This document shows positions 1 through 9,879 of a DNA stretch of 32,000 nt, in pieces. The translations under genes and the position numbers were made by a program. The DNA is from Erysipelotrichaceae bacterium MTC7 (GTDB lineage Bacteria; Bacillota_I; Bacilli_A; Erysipelotrichales; Erysipelotrichaceae), in the NCBI GenBank assembly GCA_001695645.1, contig LVZN01000001.1, forward strand, positions 180,001-212,000, given 5' to 3'. Every line of letters starts with the position of its first letter. Positions within the stretch are counted from its first letter, which is position 1. Under the pieces are notes generated by a model. It made no database searches. It saw only the letters and a list, made by a program, of their open reading frames with translations, and was not told the origin of the DNA.

Positions 1-338
1 ATACCTGCTAGTATCAAAAACACACCTGATAAAACACCTGCTACCAACACGGTTTTTACTCCATACTTTGAAGCTAATGGTATTAAAATTGCTGCCATTG
101 CTCCAGTTGGACCCGATATTTGATACGACGCACCCGAAAACGTACCAATAATTACAGCAGCTAGTATTGCCGTAATTAATCCAGATGCCGCATCCATTCC
201 ACTTGCAACCCCAAATGCCAATGCAAGTGGTAATGCAACTGCTGCAACCGTAATACCTGCAAGTGCGTCTTTTGTAAACTTACCTGCATTGTAACCCGCA
301 AATTCTTTTCTTAAATCCTCAACGTACTCTCTTATCAT
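1..338 (-). CDS. SulP-family anion permease, N-terminal ~112 codons only (gene continues past the left edge)
   Basis: Own reverse translation from ATG (338-336) gives MIREYVEDLRKEFAGYNAGKFTKDALAGITVAAVALPLALAFGVASGMDAASGLITAILAAVIIGTFSGASYQISGPTGAMAAI..., a typical SulP N-terminus. AGGAG (350-354 as ctcct on +) lies 11 nt upstream. It is absent from the ORF track because no stop lies inside the window. Confidence 0.6.
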   Translation of the reverse strand, partial: MIREYVEDLRKEFAGYNAGKFTKDALAGITVAAVALPLALAFGVASGMDAASGLITAILAAVIIGTFSGASYQISGPTGAMAAILIPLASKYGVKTVLVAGVLSGVFLILAG

Positions 339-380
339 ATTTATCTATTCTCCTTATAAACAAGAATTTCACCGCGTTCC

Positions 381-409
381 ATTATATATGGTTATGCATT
401 GAAAGTAAA
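381..409 (-). promoter_or_regulatory. candidate sigma-A promoter of the SulP gene
   Basis: On the minus strand: TTTACT (409-404), 17 nt spacer, TATAAT (386-381), about 43 nt upstream of the ATG at 338. Confidence 0.35.
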
Positions 410-445
410 TTTATGTTTACAGACCCTCCGTGTTTTCCCGACATA

Positions 446-477
446 AGAAAAGCAACAATCTTTCGATTGCTGCTTTT
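446..477 (-). terminator. intrinsic terminator after trpA
   Basis: A 10-bp stem, agcaacaatc (451-460) / gattgctgct (465-474), with one wobble and a 4-nt loop. It starts directly after the trpA stop (478-480), and the minus strand then reads TTTCTTAT. Confidence 0.55.
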
Positions 478-1245
478 TTAGATAGCACTGACAAGGTCAT
501 TGACATATTCATAAATTGCTTGGTTTGCACCTACTGGGTGTTGTTCACACAGTTTGACAATGGCACTACCTACAATCACCCCATCGGCTATTTTCGCATA
601 ATCATGAACTTGTTGTTTTGCGTGAATGCCAAAGCCAATGGCAACAGGTACACTGGTTACTTGTTTGATTTGTTTTATGATGGTATCTAGATCAGTAGTA
701 ATGTTATCTCTTGTTCCTGTTACCCCCAATGAACTAACTAGATAGACAAATCCCCGTGATTTCTTTGCCACTGCTTGGATTCGTTGTTTACTTGTTGGTG
801 AAACAAGTAGAATTTGATCCACTCCATACCTTTCGCAATAACTCGCAATCTCCTCACTTTCTTCAAACGGAATATCAGGAATGATAATACCATCAACTCC
901 GACTTGCTTGCATCTTGCAAAAAAGCGATCATATCCGTAGGCGTATACAGGATTGGCGTAGGTTAAAAACACGAGCGCAATTTGACTAACTTTGCGAACC
1001 TGTTCAACAATCGTGAACATATCTTCCGTTTTGATATCTTTATCAAGTGCGCGTATATTTGCTTGTTGAATGATTGGTCCTTCTGCTACCGGATCCGAAA
1101 AGGGAATTCCAATTTCTACAAGTGAAGCACCAGCCCTTTCCATCGCTAGTATGTTATCTACACTAGCTTGGATACCACCATCTCCTCCTGTGATAAACCC
1201 AATAAACGCTTTTTTATCTGCAAAAGCTTGTGCAATTCTACTCAT
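478..1245 (-). CDS. trpA: tryptophan synthase alpha chain
   Basis: The ORF-track protein (MSRIAQAF...GFITGGDGG...[15 protein letters not shown]...) fits the TrpA family. I trimmed the start to ATG 1245, which overlaps the trpB stop (1238-1240); the 16 upstream codons lie inside trpB. Confidence 0.9.
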   Translation of the reverse strand: MSRIAQAFADKKAFIGFITGGDGGIQASVDNILAMERAGASLVEIGIPFSDPVAEGPIIQQANIRALDKDIKTEDMFTIVEQVRKVSQIALVFLTYANPVYAYGYDRFFARCKQVGVDGIIIPDIPFEESEEIASYCERYGVDQILLVSPTSKQRIQAVAKKSRGFVYLVSSLGVTGTRDNITTDLDTIIKQIKQVTSVPVAIGFGIHAKQQVHDYAKIADGVIVGSAIVKLCEQHPVGANQAIYEYVNDLVSAI

Positions 1246-2425
1246 GTAAATCAACCCCCTTATATCGTGCAATTGCTGCAACATCTTTATCACCGCGTCC
1301 CGATAATGTCACAATAATACTATCCTCTTTGGATAAGGTTGGTGCAAGTTTCATGGCATAGGCAATAGCATGACTGCTTTCTATTGCCGGAATGATTCCT
1401 TCGATCCTTGATAAATAATGAAAAGCATCGACAGCTTCATCATCGCTAATGGCAACATAGGTTGCTCTTCCTACATCATGTAAATGTGCATGTTCTGGCC
1501 CAATGCCAGGATAATCAAGACCTGCAGAAATGGAGTATACGGGTGCAATTTGTCCCACCTCGTCCTGACAAAAATAACTTTTCATACCGTGAAAGATACC
1601 TTTTGGACTGTTGGAAGTGATGGTAGCTGCATGAAGTGTACTATCAATTCCTTTACCCGCTGCTTCACAACCAATCAAAGCAACATCTTCATCGTCAATA
1701 AAGTTGTAAAAACTTCCCATGGCATTACTACCTCCACCAACACAAGCAATGATTGCTTTTGGTAAACGTCCTTCCTTTTCCAATACTTGTTCCTTCATCT
1801 CTTGGGAAATAATTGCTTGAAAATCACGAACCATCATCGGAAATGGATGTGGTCCCATCACACTACCAAGTACATAATGTGTATCATCCATGCGACTTGC
1901 CCATTCACGCATCGTCTCATTGACTGCATCTTTTAAGGTTTTTGTCCCTGTAGTTACAGGATGTACTTTTGCCCCTAACAGTTCCATCCGATATACATTT
2001 AAAGCTTGGCGAATCGTATCCTCTTCTCCCATAAAAATCTCACACTCCATGTCCATCAAAGCTGCTGCTGTCGCTGTTGCAACACCGTGTTGTCCTGCAC
2101 CTGTTTCAGCAATGACACGTGTTTTTCCCATCTTTTTTGCCAATAGGACTTGTCCCAGTACATTGTTGATTTTATGCGAACCCGTATGATTCAAGTCTTC
2201 GCGTTTCAAATACACTTTTGCCCCACCAAGATCTTTGCTCATTCGCTTTGCTTCATATAACAAACTCGGTCTTCCTGCATATTCGTTTAGTAGTGTCATC
2301 AATTCTTTTTTGAATGTCTCATCATCTTTCATCGTTTCATAAAAGTCTGTTAATTGATGAATCTCATTCATTAAGGTTTCCGGAATGTACTGTCCTCCGT
2401 GATCACCATATCGTCCATTATTCAT
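1238..2425 (-). CDS. trpB: tryptophan synthase beta chain (PLP-dependent)
   Basis: Contains HTGSHKINN (PLP lysine motif) and [11 protein letters not shown] 2425 forms an ATGA overlap with the trpF stop, and GGAGA lies 7 nt upstream. The ATG at 2431 is too close to that RBS. Confidence 0.93.
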   Translation of the reverse strand: MNNGRYGDHGGQYIPETLMNEIHQLTDFYETMKDDETFKKELMTLLNEYAGRPSLLYEAKRMSKDLGGAKVYLKREDLNHTGSHKINNVLGQVLLAKKMGKTRVIAETGAGQHGVATATAAALMDMECEIFMGEEDTIRQALNVYRMELLGAKVHPVTTGTKTLKDAVNETMREWASRMDDTHYVLGSVMGPHPFPMMVRDFQAIISQEMKEQVLEKEGRLPKAIIACVGGGSNAMGSFYNFIDDEDVALIGCEAAGKGIDSTLHAATITSNSPKGIFHGMKSYFCQDEVGQIAPVYSISAGLDYPGIGPEHAHLHDVGRATYVAISDDEAVDAFHYLSRIEGIIPAIESSHAIAYAMKLAPTLSKEDSIIVTLSGRGDKDVAAIARYKGVDLHE

Positions 2426-3006
2426 ATACATTTCTCCATAATTTCTTTTATCTTTTCTTTATCTTTACAGCCACAACTTTCGACACCACTGCTGATATCA
2501 ACACCATAGTCACAAAGCGCGATTGCTTGTTCAATGTTATCTTTACAAATACCACCCGCTAAAAACGTTGGTTTATCCAGTTTTGGAATAAGTGACCAAT
2601 CAAATTGTTTTCCACTACCTGGATGTTTTGCATCAAGTAAATAATAGTCCACATCATAATGAAGATGTTGATCGACAACTTGATCGATGCATATCGCTTT
2701 GATGATGGGAACTTTAATTCTTTGTTTTAACTCTTTGATATAATTTTCATCTTCTTTTCCATGCAGTTGCACCATATCAATTACCTTATGATGGACTAAT
2801 TTTTCAATCAATTCTACCTTCTCATCAACAAATACGCCAACTGCTTGAATACTAGGGCGCAACATTCCTTTTAATAGGCTTGCCTGTTCAAAACTAACTT
2901 GTCGTTTGCTTGGTGCAAAGACGAACCCTATATGCGTAATGGGAAAACGATTGATAATATACATATCTTCCTTACGTTGCAAGCCACATATTTTTATCGC
3001 TTTCAT
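2422..3006 (-). CDS. trpF: phosphoribosylanthranilate isomerase
   Basis: MKAIKICGL...[11 protein letters not shown]... is TrpF-like. Its position lies between trpC and trpB, with an ATGA overlap with the trpC stop (3003-3006). Confidence 0.88.
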   Translation of the reverse strand: MKAIKICGLQRKEDMYIINRFPITHIGFVFAPSKRQVSFEQASLLKGMLRPSIQAVGVFVDEKVELIEKLVHHKVIDMVQLHGKEDENYIKELKQRIKVPIIKAICIDQVVDQHLHYDVDYYLLDAKHPGSGKQFDWSLIPKLDKPTFLAGGICKDNIEQAIALCDYGVDISSGVESCGCKDKEKIKEIMEKCI

Positions 3007-3788
3007 AAGTGACCTCGTAGTTCTTCAAAGGTCTGTTTACGATTTTCTGCTTTCATCAAAACTTCACCAATCAAGGCAGCATCTACATGGGCTTGTTCCA
3101 ATGACTCTATATCGGCTCTTGTTTGCACACCACTTTCTGCCACAAACAAGGCATCACTGACACGTTCTTTTAATTTCATCGCGTTTGTGAAATCGACTTG
3201 AAACGTTTTGAGGTTGCGATTGTTCACGCCAATGACTCGTGCTCCTGCTGCTTTGGCTTGTTCGATTTCCAGTACATCGTGTGCTTCCACTAAACAGCTC
3301 ATGCCCAAGTTGTGTGCAAGGTTTATGTATTGCTGTAAACTATGATAATCCAAGATGGACACAATGAGTAAAATCGCATCGGCCCCCATAAGTTTTGCTT
3401 CATAAATCATATACTCATCAACGATGAAATCTTTTCGCAGCAGTGGAAGTTTTACGACTTGTCGAATATCCATAAATACTTGATTATTTCCCAAGAAATA
3501 ATCCGGTTCTGTCAATATGGAAATTGCTTGTGCACCCATTTCTTCATAGTCTTTTGCAATGTCAATATAATCGAAGGTTTCATCAATCACCCCTTTGCTG
3601 GGACTGGCTTTTTTAACTTCTGCAATGATGGAAATTCCTGTTTGTTTTAAAGCTTGTTCAAACGGATAATCAAACCTAGTATTGAGATTTGCTACTTCCT
3701 GTTTCAGTTTTACAAGTGGCATCGATTTCTTTGCTTCGGCAATGCGTTTTTTTCGTGCTAGAACAATACGATCTAAGATATTAGGCAT
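3003..3788 (-). CDS. trpC: indole-3-glycerol-phosphate synthase
   Basis: Contains IAEVKKASPSKG and LLRKDFIVDEYMIYEA, which are TrpC signatures. It overlaps the trpD stop by 8 nt. Confidence 0.92.
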   Translation of the reverse strand: MPNILDRIVLARKKRIAEAKKSMPLVKLKQEVANLNTRFDYPFEQALKQTGISIIAEVKKASPSKGVIDETFDYIDIAKDYEEMGAQAISILTEPDYFLGNNQVFMDIRQVVKLPLLRKDFIVDEYMIYEAKLMGADAILLIVSILDYHSLQQYINLAHNLGMSCLVEAHDVLEIEQAKAAGARVIGVNNRNLKTFQVDFTNAMKLKERVSDALFVAESGVQTRADIESLEQAHVDAALIGEVLMKAENRKQTFEELRGHL

Positions 3789-4788
3789 GACTTAACTCCT
3801 GAAACTGGATAAGTTTATGTAAAGACTGCTTAGAATCAATCAATTCTTTGGCCATTTGCACGCCTTCCTTAATCGAATTTGCTTTTCCTGCAACATACAA
3901 TCCCGCTCCTGCATTAAGTAAGACTGCGTCACGTTTCGCACCTTGCTCACCGCGTAAAATAGAAAGTGTGATTTGGGCATTTTGTTCAGGTGTTCCACCA
4001 ACCAGGTCCGCCTTTTCACCACGTGGCAAACCAACCTCTTCTGGGGTTAAGGTATAGCTACAAATATTTTCTCCACGTAGTTCACAAACTTTCGTCTCAC
4101 TAGAAATAGAAAGTTCATCGAGTCCATCCGTTCCATAGACCACCAAGGCACGTTTAACACCAAGGTTTTTTAGCACTTGTGCAAGTGGTTCAAGCAAGGA
4201 TGCATCATAGACACCCATGACTTGTAACGAAGCACCTGCAGGATTGGTTAAAGGACCAAGGATGTTAAAAATGGTACGTATTTCTAATGTTTTTCGTACA
4301 GGTGCAACATACTTCATGGCAATGTGATAGTTTTGCGCAAACAAGAAACAAATATTTGCTTGATTTAAGATTTCTTTATTTCTTTCCGGAGCAATTTGGA
4401 TATTTACCCCTAGGGCTTCAAGTACATCTGCTGCCCCTGATTTTGAACTTGCTGCTCGATTGCCGTGTTTGGCAACTGGTACACCAGCACTGGCAATGAC
4501 AATCGATGCTGTTGTACTGATGTTGAAGGAGTTGGAATGATCACCACCAGTTCCAACAATCTCTAAGACATCTTCATCATGCAACAAGCGAATGCAATGT
4601 TCACGCATACCTGCAGCACTACCGGTAATCTCTTCAATGGTTTCACCTTTCATACTTAATGCCATAACATATGCACTCATCTGCACTTCACTTGCTTTTC
4701 CTTCCATGATTTCATGCATGCAAGTCTTTGCTTCGTATCGTGTTAAGTCCTCTTGATTTCTTAACTTTTTAATTGCTTCTTTGATCAT
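3781..4788 (-). CDS. trpD: anthranilate phosphoribosyltransferase
   Basis: Contains GTGGDHSNSFNISTTA and KHGNRAASSKSGAADVLEALG, which are TrpD signatures. It overlaps the trpG 3' end by 20 nt. Confidence 0.92.
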   Translation of the reverse strand: MIKEAIKKLRNQEDLTRYEAKTCMHEIMEGKASEVQMSAYVMALSMKGETIEEITGSAAGMREHCIRLLHDEDVLEIVGTGGDHSNSFNISTTASIVIASAGVPVAKHGNRAASSKSGAADVLEALGVNIQIAPERNKEILNQANICFLFAQNYHIAMKYVAPVRKTLEIRTIFNILGPLTNPAGASLQVMGVYDASLLEPLAQVLKNLGVKRALVVYGTDGLDELSISSETKVCELRGENICSYTLTPEEVGLPRGEKADLVGGTPEQNAQITLSILRGEQGAKRDAVLLNAGAGLYVAGKANSIKEGVQMAKELIDSKQSLHKLIQFQELSHA

Positions 4789-5353
4789 GTTGTATTACCC
4801 CCATAAGATTTTCTATCATTTTCTTCCCTTGTGTTGTCAAAATGGATTCTGGATGAAACTGCACACCGTAGACAAGTGCTTCTTTGTGCTTGACTGCCAT
4901 GATTTGGTTATCTTCACTAACAGCTAGAACTTCCAGTACACTGTCTTCTTGCAAGCAATCACAAACCAGTGAATGGTAACGTGCCACACGTACATCATCG
5001 ATCCCCGTAAACAGGACATCCTTTTTTAGTAATTGCAGTTTCGATGTTTTTCCATGCATGATGCTAGGTGCATAGTTGATACGCTCACCAAATACTTGGC
5101 AAATCGCTTGGTGTCCCAAACAAATACCCAACATGGGAATTTGTTTATAGAAATGTTGGATCATCTGTTGCATGTTTCCTGCTTGTTCAGGCCTACCTGG
5201 ACCTGGAGAATAAACAATTAGTTCTGGTTGCAATTGTTCAATCTCTGTTAGCGTGATGGCATCGTTACGCACCAGTTTCACCTTTGCATAGTCACTTAAG
5301 TATTGATACACGTTGTAGACAAAACTATCGTAGTTATCAATTAGTAAAATCAT
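4769..5353 (-). CDS. trpG: anthranilate synthase component II (class I glutamine amidotransferase)
   Basis: MILLIDNYDSFVYN...GICLGHQ...GVQFHPES is TrpG/PabA-like. The start is set at ATG 5353, which forms an ATGA overlap with the trpE stop (5350-5352). The 20 extra codons in the ORF track lie inside trpE. Confidence 0.9.
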   Translation of the reverse strand: MILLIDNYDSFVYNVYQYLSDYAKVKLVRNDAITLTEIEQLQPELIVYSPGPGRPEQAGNMQQMIQHFYKQIPMLGICLGHQAICQVFGERINYAPSIMHGKTSKLQLLKKDVLFTGIDDVRVARYHSLVCDCLQEDSVLEVLAVSEDNQIMAVKHKEALVYGVQFHPESILTTQGKKMIENLMGVIQHDQRSN

Positions 5354-6792
5354 TTGCTTCCTCCTTGCATCAGTCTCAGTGCTTGATGCAGTGCTCTTGC
5401 TTTGTTTGCACATTCTTCATATTCGCTTTCTGCCTTGCTATCGTAGACGATTCCTGCTCCGGTTTGTATGGATAAGGTATCGTTATGTTTACTTGCAAAG
5501 CGAATTGCAATACATACGTCAAGGTCACCATTGTAGTCCAAATAGCCGATTGTTCCACCATAAATTCCACGTGGTTCTTTTTCTAATCGATGTAAGATTT
5601 TCATCGCTTTTACTTTAGGTGCGCCCGACAAGGTCCCAGCTGGTAAGATGGCATGAATTGCATCAAGTGCACTGTACCCAGGCTTGATTTTAGCTTTGAC
5701 TGTACTTCCCAAATGCATCACGTGTGAGTAGCGAAGAACTTCTAGGTAGCTTGCTACTTCTACACTACCAATGTTTGCCACTTTACCAATATCGTTTCGC
5801 GCTAAATCAACAAGCATGTTGTGTTCTGCAAGTTCTTTATCATCTTGTAATAAAGAAGCTTCCAGTTCTTGATCTTCTTGCTCAGTTTGTCCGCGTTTTC
5901 TTGTCCCTGCCAAAGGAAAAGTAAAGATTTCATCATCTACCACCTTGACCAGTGTTTCCGGGGATGCCCCAGCTACTTCGATATCATCACTACACAAGTA
6001 GAACATGTAAGGTGATGGATTGCTCTTTTTTAACTGTTCGTAAAGTGTCAGCAAATTTCCTTGGCAACGCACCGTTTGTTTATTTGATAAGACCGCTTGA
6101 AAAATATCCCCTTCATAGATATGTTGTTTTATTGTTTCTATCTTCTTCATGAATGATTCTTTGGATTCGCGCATCCGCATGGGACTTGTCATCACAAGTT
6201 CATTCAGCTTTACACCCTGCTTTTCTTTTAGAAAGCTTTGCCAGTAGGAAAATTGCCGTTGTAATGCACTGTAGCTTTCACGAACATTTGTACCATCTAC
6301 ATACCCCGTAATGTACGCCTTTTTCGTTAAGTGATCGAAACAAAGAATGGTATCAAAGGCATATAGATCAAACAGTACTTCATCATTGATGAGTGCTTGC
6401 AGTGCTGGTTCAACAAGATATGCATATTCATAAGCAAAATACCCAACGAGTCCCCCACAAAAACTTGGAAATTCATCGCACTTCATCGCTTTGTGAGTTT
6501 CAAGTAGACTACGGATGTAACCAATTGGGTCTTCACCAACCACATGTCCATCAACATACAGCTGTTGTTGCTTATAAACATAATGATGTTTGGCATCCAA
6601 ACCTAGATAACTATAGCGACCACGCACCTGTTTCTCATAGCTTTCAAAGAGAAAGCACGGTTGTTGTATAGCTTTTATTTTGCATAACAGCTCAAATGGC
6701 GTGAACTCTTCATATCCAAACTCTTCTTTGACTGGTATATAACGAGTCTGTCCATCATTCATTTTTTCAATCATTGCAAGTGTTGGTTGCAT
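5350..6792 (-). CDS. trpE: anthranilate synthase component I
   Basis: Contains LSGAPKVKAMKIL and RGIYGGTIGYLD, the chorismate-binding TrpE motifs. AGGAGG (6800-6805 on +) lies 7 nt upstream of the ATG at 6792. Confidence 0.93.
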   Translation of the reverse strand: MQPTLAMIEKMNDGQTRYIPVKEEFGYEEFTPFELLCKIKAIQQPCFLFESYEKQVRGRYSYLGLDAKHHYVYKQQQLYVDGHVVGEDPIGYIRSLLETHKAMKCDEFPSFCGGLVGYFAYEYAYLVEPALQALINDEVLFDLYAFDTILCFDHLTKKAYITGYVDGTNVRESYSALQRQFSYWQSFLKEKQGVKLNELVMTSPMRMRESKESFMKKIETIKQHIYEGDIFQAVLSNKQTVRCQGNLLTLYEQLKKSNPSPYMFYLCSDDIEVAGASPETLVKVVDDEIFTFPLAGTRKRGQTEQEDQELEASLLQDDKELAEHNMLVDLARNDIGKVANIGSVEVASYLEVLRYSHVMHLGSTVKAKIKPGYSALDAIHAILPAGTLSGAPKVKAMKILHRLEKEPRGIYGGTIGYLDYNGDLDVCIAIRFASKHNDTLSIQTGAGIVYDSKAESEYEECANKARALHQALRLMQGGSK

Positions 6793-6794
6793 AA

Positions 6795-7075
6795 GCGTTC
6801 CTCCTAATAAACAAAAAAATCCATCCCTGACAAAAATATTGTCAAGGACGGATTATACCGCGGTGCCACCTTGTTTCATGTTCTAAAAAAACATGCGCTT
6901 TGTAAGATGCTATCACATCTCTTGCTACTCACGTAAGCAGTCACGTCAGAAGGTACTAAGCATTGTTGCTTTTCATTCTGCCCTCTGTGGTCCATTTGTT
7001 AGGCTGCGTTCTGCTTGTTTCCACCATCCAAGCTCTCTAGTAGTGCACACGTTAACGTTATCTCCACTTCATCGG
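6795..7075 (-). promoter_or_regulatory. T-box riboswitch leader (tRNA-Trp sensing) of the trp operon
   Basis: The minus-strand elements appear in canonical order: AG-bulge AGAGAG (7038-7033), distal-loop GGTGGAAA (7025-7018), candidate specifier UGG followed by A (6994-6991), T-box sequence GGTGGCACCGCG (6870-6859), then the terminator. Confidence 0.85.
6812..6853 (-). terminator. T-box expression-platform terminator
   Basis: On the minus strand: ATCCGTCCTTGAC (6853-6841), a 9-nt loop, then GTCAGGGATGGAT (6831-6819). This gives a 13-bp stem with 2 G-U pairs, followed by U7 (6818-6812). Confidence 0.85.
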
Positions 7076-7088
7076 TTTAATTTTCAAA

Positions 7089-7118
7089 ATAATAACACTA
7101 AATAAAATACAAAGTCAA
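7089..7118 (-). promoter_or_regulatory. candidate sigma-A promoter of the trp leader
   Basis: On the minus strand: TTGACT (7118-7113), 18 nt spacer, TATTAT (7094-7089), just upstream of the T-box Stem I. Confidence 0.4.
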
Positions 7119-7126
7119 TATAAATT

Positions 7127-7151
7127 ACAAAATAGGATATAAATTCCTATT
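7127..7151 (-). terminator. intrinsic terminator ending the ABC-TCS-galE operon
   Basis: A 7-bp stem, AATAGGA (7131-7137) / TCCTATT (7145-7151), with a 7-nt loop. The minus strand continues TTTTGTAATTT. It lies 5 nt after the stop at 7156. Confidence 0.5.
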
Positions 7152-7155
7152 GAGT

Positions 7156-8076
7156 TTATGTAAATCTCCATAACGGTGTAGGGTATTTTTGTTCATCAAT
7201 TAAGCTTTGAATCCCTTGTTTTACAAGCTCTTTATCTTCTTGATATGTTACCCCATACCATGTATCTTGACTTGAAAACACTTGAACGGTTAGTGTGTTT
7301 TGTTTGATCAATCGCCCAATCTCATCGGATAAGAAATACTCTGCTTTCAATGGGTTGTAAATGACTTCATGTTGATAAAATGATGTAAATCTTTGACCCA
7401 TTTGTTTTATAAACTGTGGCTGAAATCCCCACATGTTTAAAGATACCAAAGTATCGTTTGGCAACGTTTGTTTACACGCTCCAACCGTATCAACGATACA
7501 TGCTTCTCCATTGGTATTCCGTGAAATGTTACAAGTTTCCACGATACTTTGAAGGCGATGATCTTCAATATGACAAATACCACGCGATACACTTCCGTGA
7601 TCGCTAATGGTCTTATTCACATGATAAGCAATCATTGCACACGTATGTTCATCATGATTATGACTTAGAAACTCATGCATTTTATCATATGCCGATTGTC
7701 CATAGTAGTCATCTGCGTTGATCACACAGAACGGTGTGTCAACGATTCCTTCACAACACATAATTGCATGTCCAGTTCCCCATGGTTTTTGACGGTTTTC
7801 TGGCACTTGCAAACGATTAGGAATGTGCGCAAGTTCTTGATATACATATTTTACTGGGATCATCTTGGCAATTTTATTGCCAATAGTTCGTTTAAAATCA
7901 TCCTCAATTTCTTGCTTTATCACAAATACAACTTCGTTAAAACCCGCTTGTATGGCATCGAATACACTAAGTTCTAAGATAATTTCACCATTAGGACCAA
8001 TGGGATCCATTTGTTTCAATCCACCGTAGCGACTTCCCATTCCTGCTACTAGTACTACAAGACTAGTTTTCTTCAT
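7156..8076 (-). CDS. sugar-1-phosphate nucleotidyltransferase family protein (substrate unknown)
   Basis: The N-terminal LVVLVAGMGSRYGGLKQMDPIG matches the GxG(T/S)R nucleotidyltransferase signature. The start is set at ATG 8076 (MKKTSL); the GTG at 8085 in the ORF track lies deeper inside galE. It overlaps galE by 14 nt. Confidence 0.7.
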   Translation of the reverse strand: MKKTSLVVLVAGMGSRYGGLKQMDPIGPNGEIILELSVFDAIQAGFNEVVFVIKQEIEDDFKRTIGNKIAKMIPVKYVYQELAHIPNRLQVPENRQKPWGTGHAIMCCEGIVDTPFCVINADDYYGQSAYDKMHEFLSHNHDEHTCAMIAYHVNKTISDHGSVSRGICHIEDHRLQSIVETCNISRNTNGEACIVDTVGACKQTLPNDTLVSLNMWGFQPQFIKQMGQRFTSFYQHEVIYNPLKAEYFLSDEIGRLIKQNTLTVQVFSSQDTWYGVTYQEDKELVKQGIQSLIDEQKYPTPLWRFT

Positions 8077-9088
8077 GTACAACACCTTGCAGTCCCATTT
8101 TGAATTTCCATGAATCTTTCACCATATCGTGAATATCTTTTTTGGCAACCCAATTAAGAACATCCTTAGCTTTATCTGTCGCTGCATAACATACTGCAAT
8201 ATCACCTTCACGTCGTGGATCAATAACATATGGAACAGCAATGTGATTGTCTTTTTCAAATGCTTGAACAAGTTCAAGTACACTATATCCATTTCCAGTT
8301 CCTAAGTTTATGGCATCCACTCCTACTTTTTGTCTTGTCATGTAATCGAGTGCTTTAACATGTCCTTTTGCCAAATCAACAACATGGATGTAATCACGAA
8401 CACCTGTTCCATCTGGTGTATCATAATCATTTCCAAAAACATGTAGCTCTGGTAATTCTTTATTTGCGACCATCGCAATGTAAGGCATGATGTTGTTTGG
8501 AATGCCAACTGGACTTTCTCCAATCAATCCACTATGATGTGCACCAATTGGATTAAAGTAGCGTAACAGCACCACATCCCATGTTGGATCGGAAATATAT
8601 ACATCTTGCAAGATTTGTTCATTCATCACTTTTGAGGTTCCATATGGATTGGTCGTTGCTCCTACTTCACAAGTTTCATCAATTGGCACTTGTTTTGGAT
8701 CCCCATAAACCGTTGCACTTGAACTAAACACGAACTTCTTACAGTTATGTTTGCTCATCACTTCACATAAGGTCAGCGTGCTCATCAAATTGTTTTGATA
8801 ATATGCAATTGGTTTATGTACAGATTCTCCCACTGCTTTATATGCTGCAAAATGAATGACTGCATCCACTGGGTATGTTGCAAATACGTGCTCCACTGTT
8901 TGCTTATTACAAACATCTCCTTCAACAAAGTTAATATCTTTACCGGTAATTGTTTTAATGTAATCCTTAACTTCAATTTTTGAATTGCTTAAATTATCAA
9001 TCACAATGACATTGTAGCCATGCTCCAATAATTCTACGCATGTATGACTTCCAATATAACCTAAGCCACCTGTTACTAATATGTTCAT
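8063..9088 (-). CDS. galE: UDP-glucose 4-epimerase
   Basis: MNILVTGGLGYIGSH (Rossmann motif), the PYGTSK YxxxK catalytic motif, and a length of 341 aa are typical of GalE. AGGAGA overlaps the upstream stop codon. Confidence 0.9.
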   Translation of the reverse strand: MNILVTGGLGYIGSHTCVELLEHGYNVIVIDNLSNSKIEVKDYIKTITGKDINFVEGDVCNKQTVEHVFATYPVDAVIHFAAYKAVGESVHKPIAYYQNNLMSTLTLCEVMSKHNCKKFVFSSSATVYGDPKQVPIDETCEVGATTNPYGTSKVMNEQILQDVYISDPTWDVVLLRYFNPIGAHHSGLIGESPVGIPNNIMPYIAMVANKELPELHVFGNDYDTPDGTGVRDYIHVVDLAKGHVKALDYMTRQKVGVDAINLGTGNGYSVLELVQAFEKDNHIAVPYVIDPRREGDIAVCYAATDKAKDVLNWVAKKDIHDMVKDSWKFKMGLQGVVHEEN

Positions 9089-9096
9089 ATGTTCTC

Positions 9097-9879
9097 CTAT
9101 TTTGGTAGTTTTTCTTTGTAATGTCCTGGTGTCACTCCGATGTGTTTTTTGAAAACAATACTAAAGTAGCGTTGATCATTAAAGCCACATGCAGTTGCCA
9201 CCTCATAGATTCGAATATTTGGATCAAAGAGCATCTCACAAGCCTTTTGGATGCGATATAAGACCAAATATTCATGAAAACTATAATCCATTTCTTCTTT
9301 AAATAAACGTGCTAAATAACTTGCAGAAACCCCAAGTTTATCAGCCGTATCAGCAATATTGATATCCTGCGCATAACATGTACGGATATATTCAACAACG
9401 CGATTGATATTCTCGTGATTGCTGTGTTTGGTTTGCTTCAAACTGTTCTCTAAATTTAAAGCAATGTCCTTTTGTGTGGATTGCCCATGACTTTGCACAA
9501 TCCGTATTCTATCAACCGAGCGTTTGGCACTTTCCAGTGCATCAACCAACCCTTCATCTTCAAAAGGCTTAACTAAATAATCGACAACACCAAGTTTGAT
9601 TGCATTTTTTGCATAATTAAAATCACTGAAAGCTGTTAATACAATAAATACCGTATCCACATCTTCAGAAACTTCTTCAATCATTTGCATCCCATCTTTT
9701 TTTGGCATCTTGATATCCGTAATTACAATATCTGGTTTTAACTTCAAGATAATGTCTTTACCTTCTTCACCGTTGGCAACATCACCAATGACTTTACAGC
9801 CAAGTTTATCCCATGGTGTAGTCATGACCAACCCTCTGCGTACCGTTGGTTCGTCTTCAACAATCACAATGTTATACAT
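9097..9879 (-). CDS. response regulator, CheY receiver plus AraC-type HTH (YesN-like)
   Basis: Receiver motifs are IVIVEDEP and DIKMPKKDG. The C-terminal AraC HTH reads GFNDQRYFSIVFKKHIGVTPGHY. It overlaps the kinase stop by 8 nt. Confidence 0.88.
   Translation of the reverse strand: MYNIVIVEDEPTVRRGLVMTTPWDKLGCKVIGDVANGEEGKDIILKLKPDIVITDIKMPKKDGMQMIEEVSEDVDTVFIVLTAFSDFNYAKNAIKLGVVDYLVKPFEDEGLVDALESAKRSVDRIRIVQSHGQSTQKDIALNLENSLKQTKHSNHENINRVVEYIRTCYAQDINIADTADKLGVSASYLARLFKEEMDYSFHEYLVLYRIQKACEMLFDPNIRIYEVATACGFNDQRYFSIVFKKHIGVTPGHYKEKLPK

Noticed and set aside
6893-7105. A 70-aa plus-strand ORF.
   Set aside because: It lies entirely antisense to the T-box leader, whose conserved RNA elements explain the sequence. 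There is no RBS.
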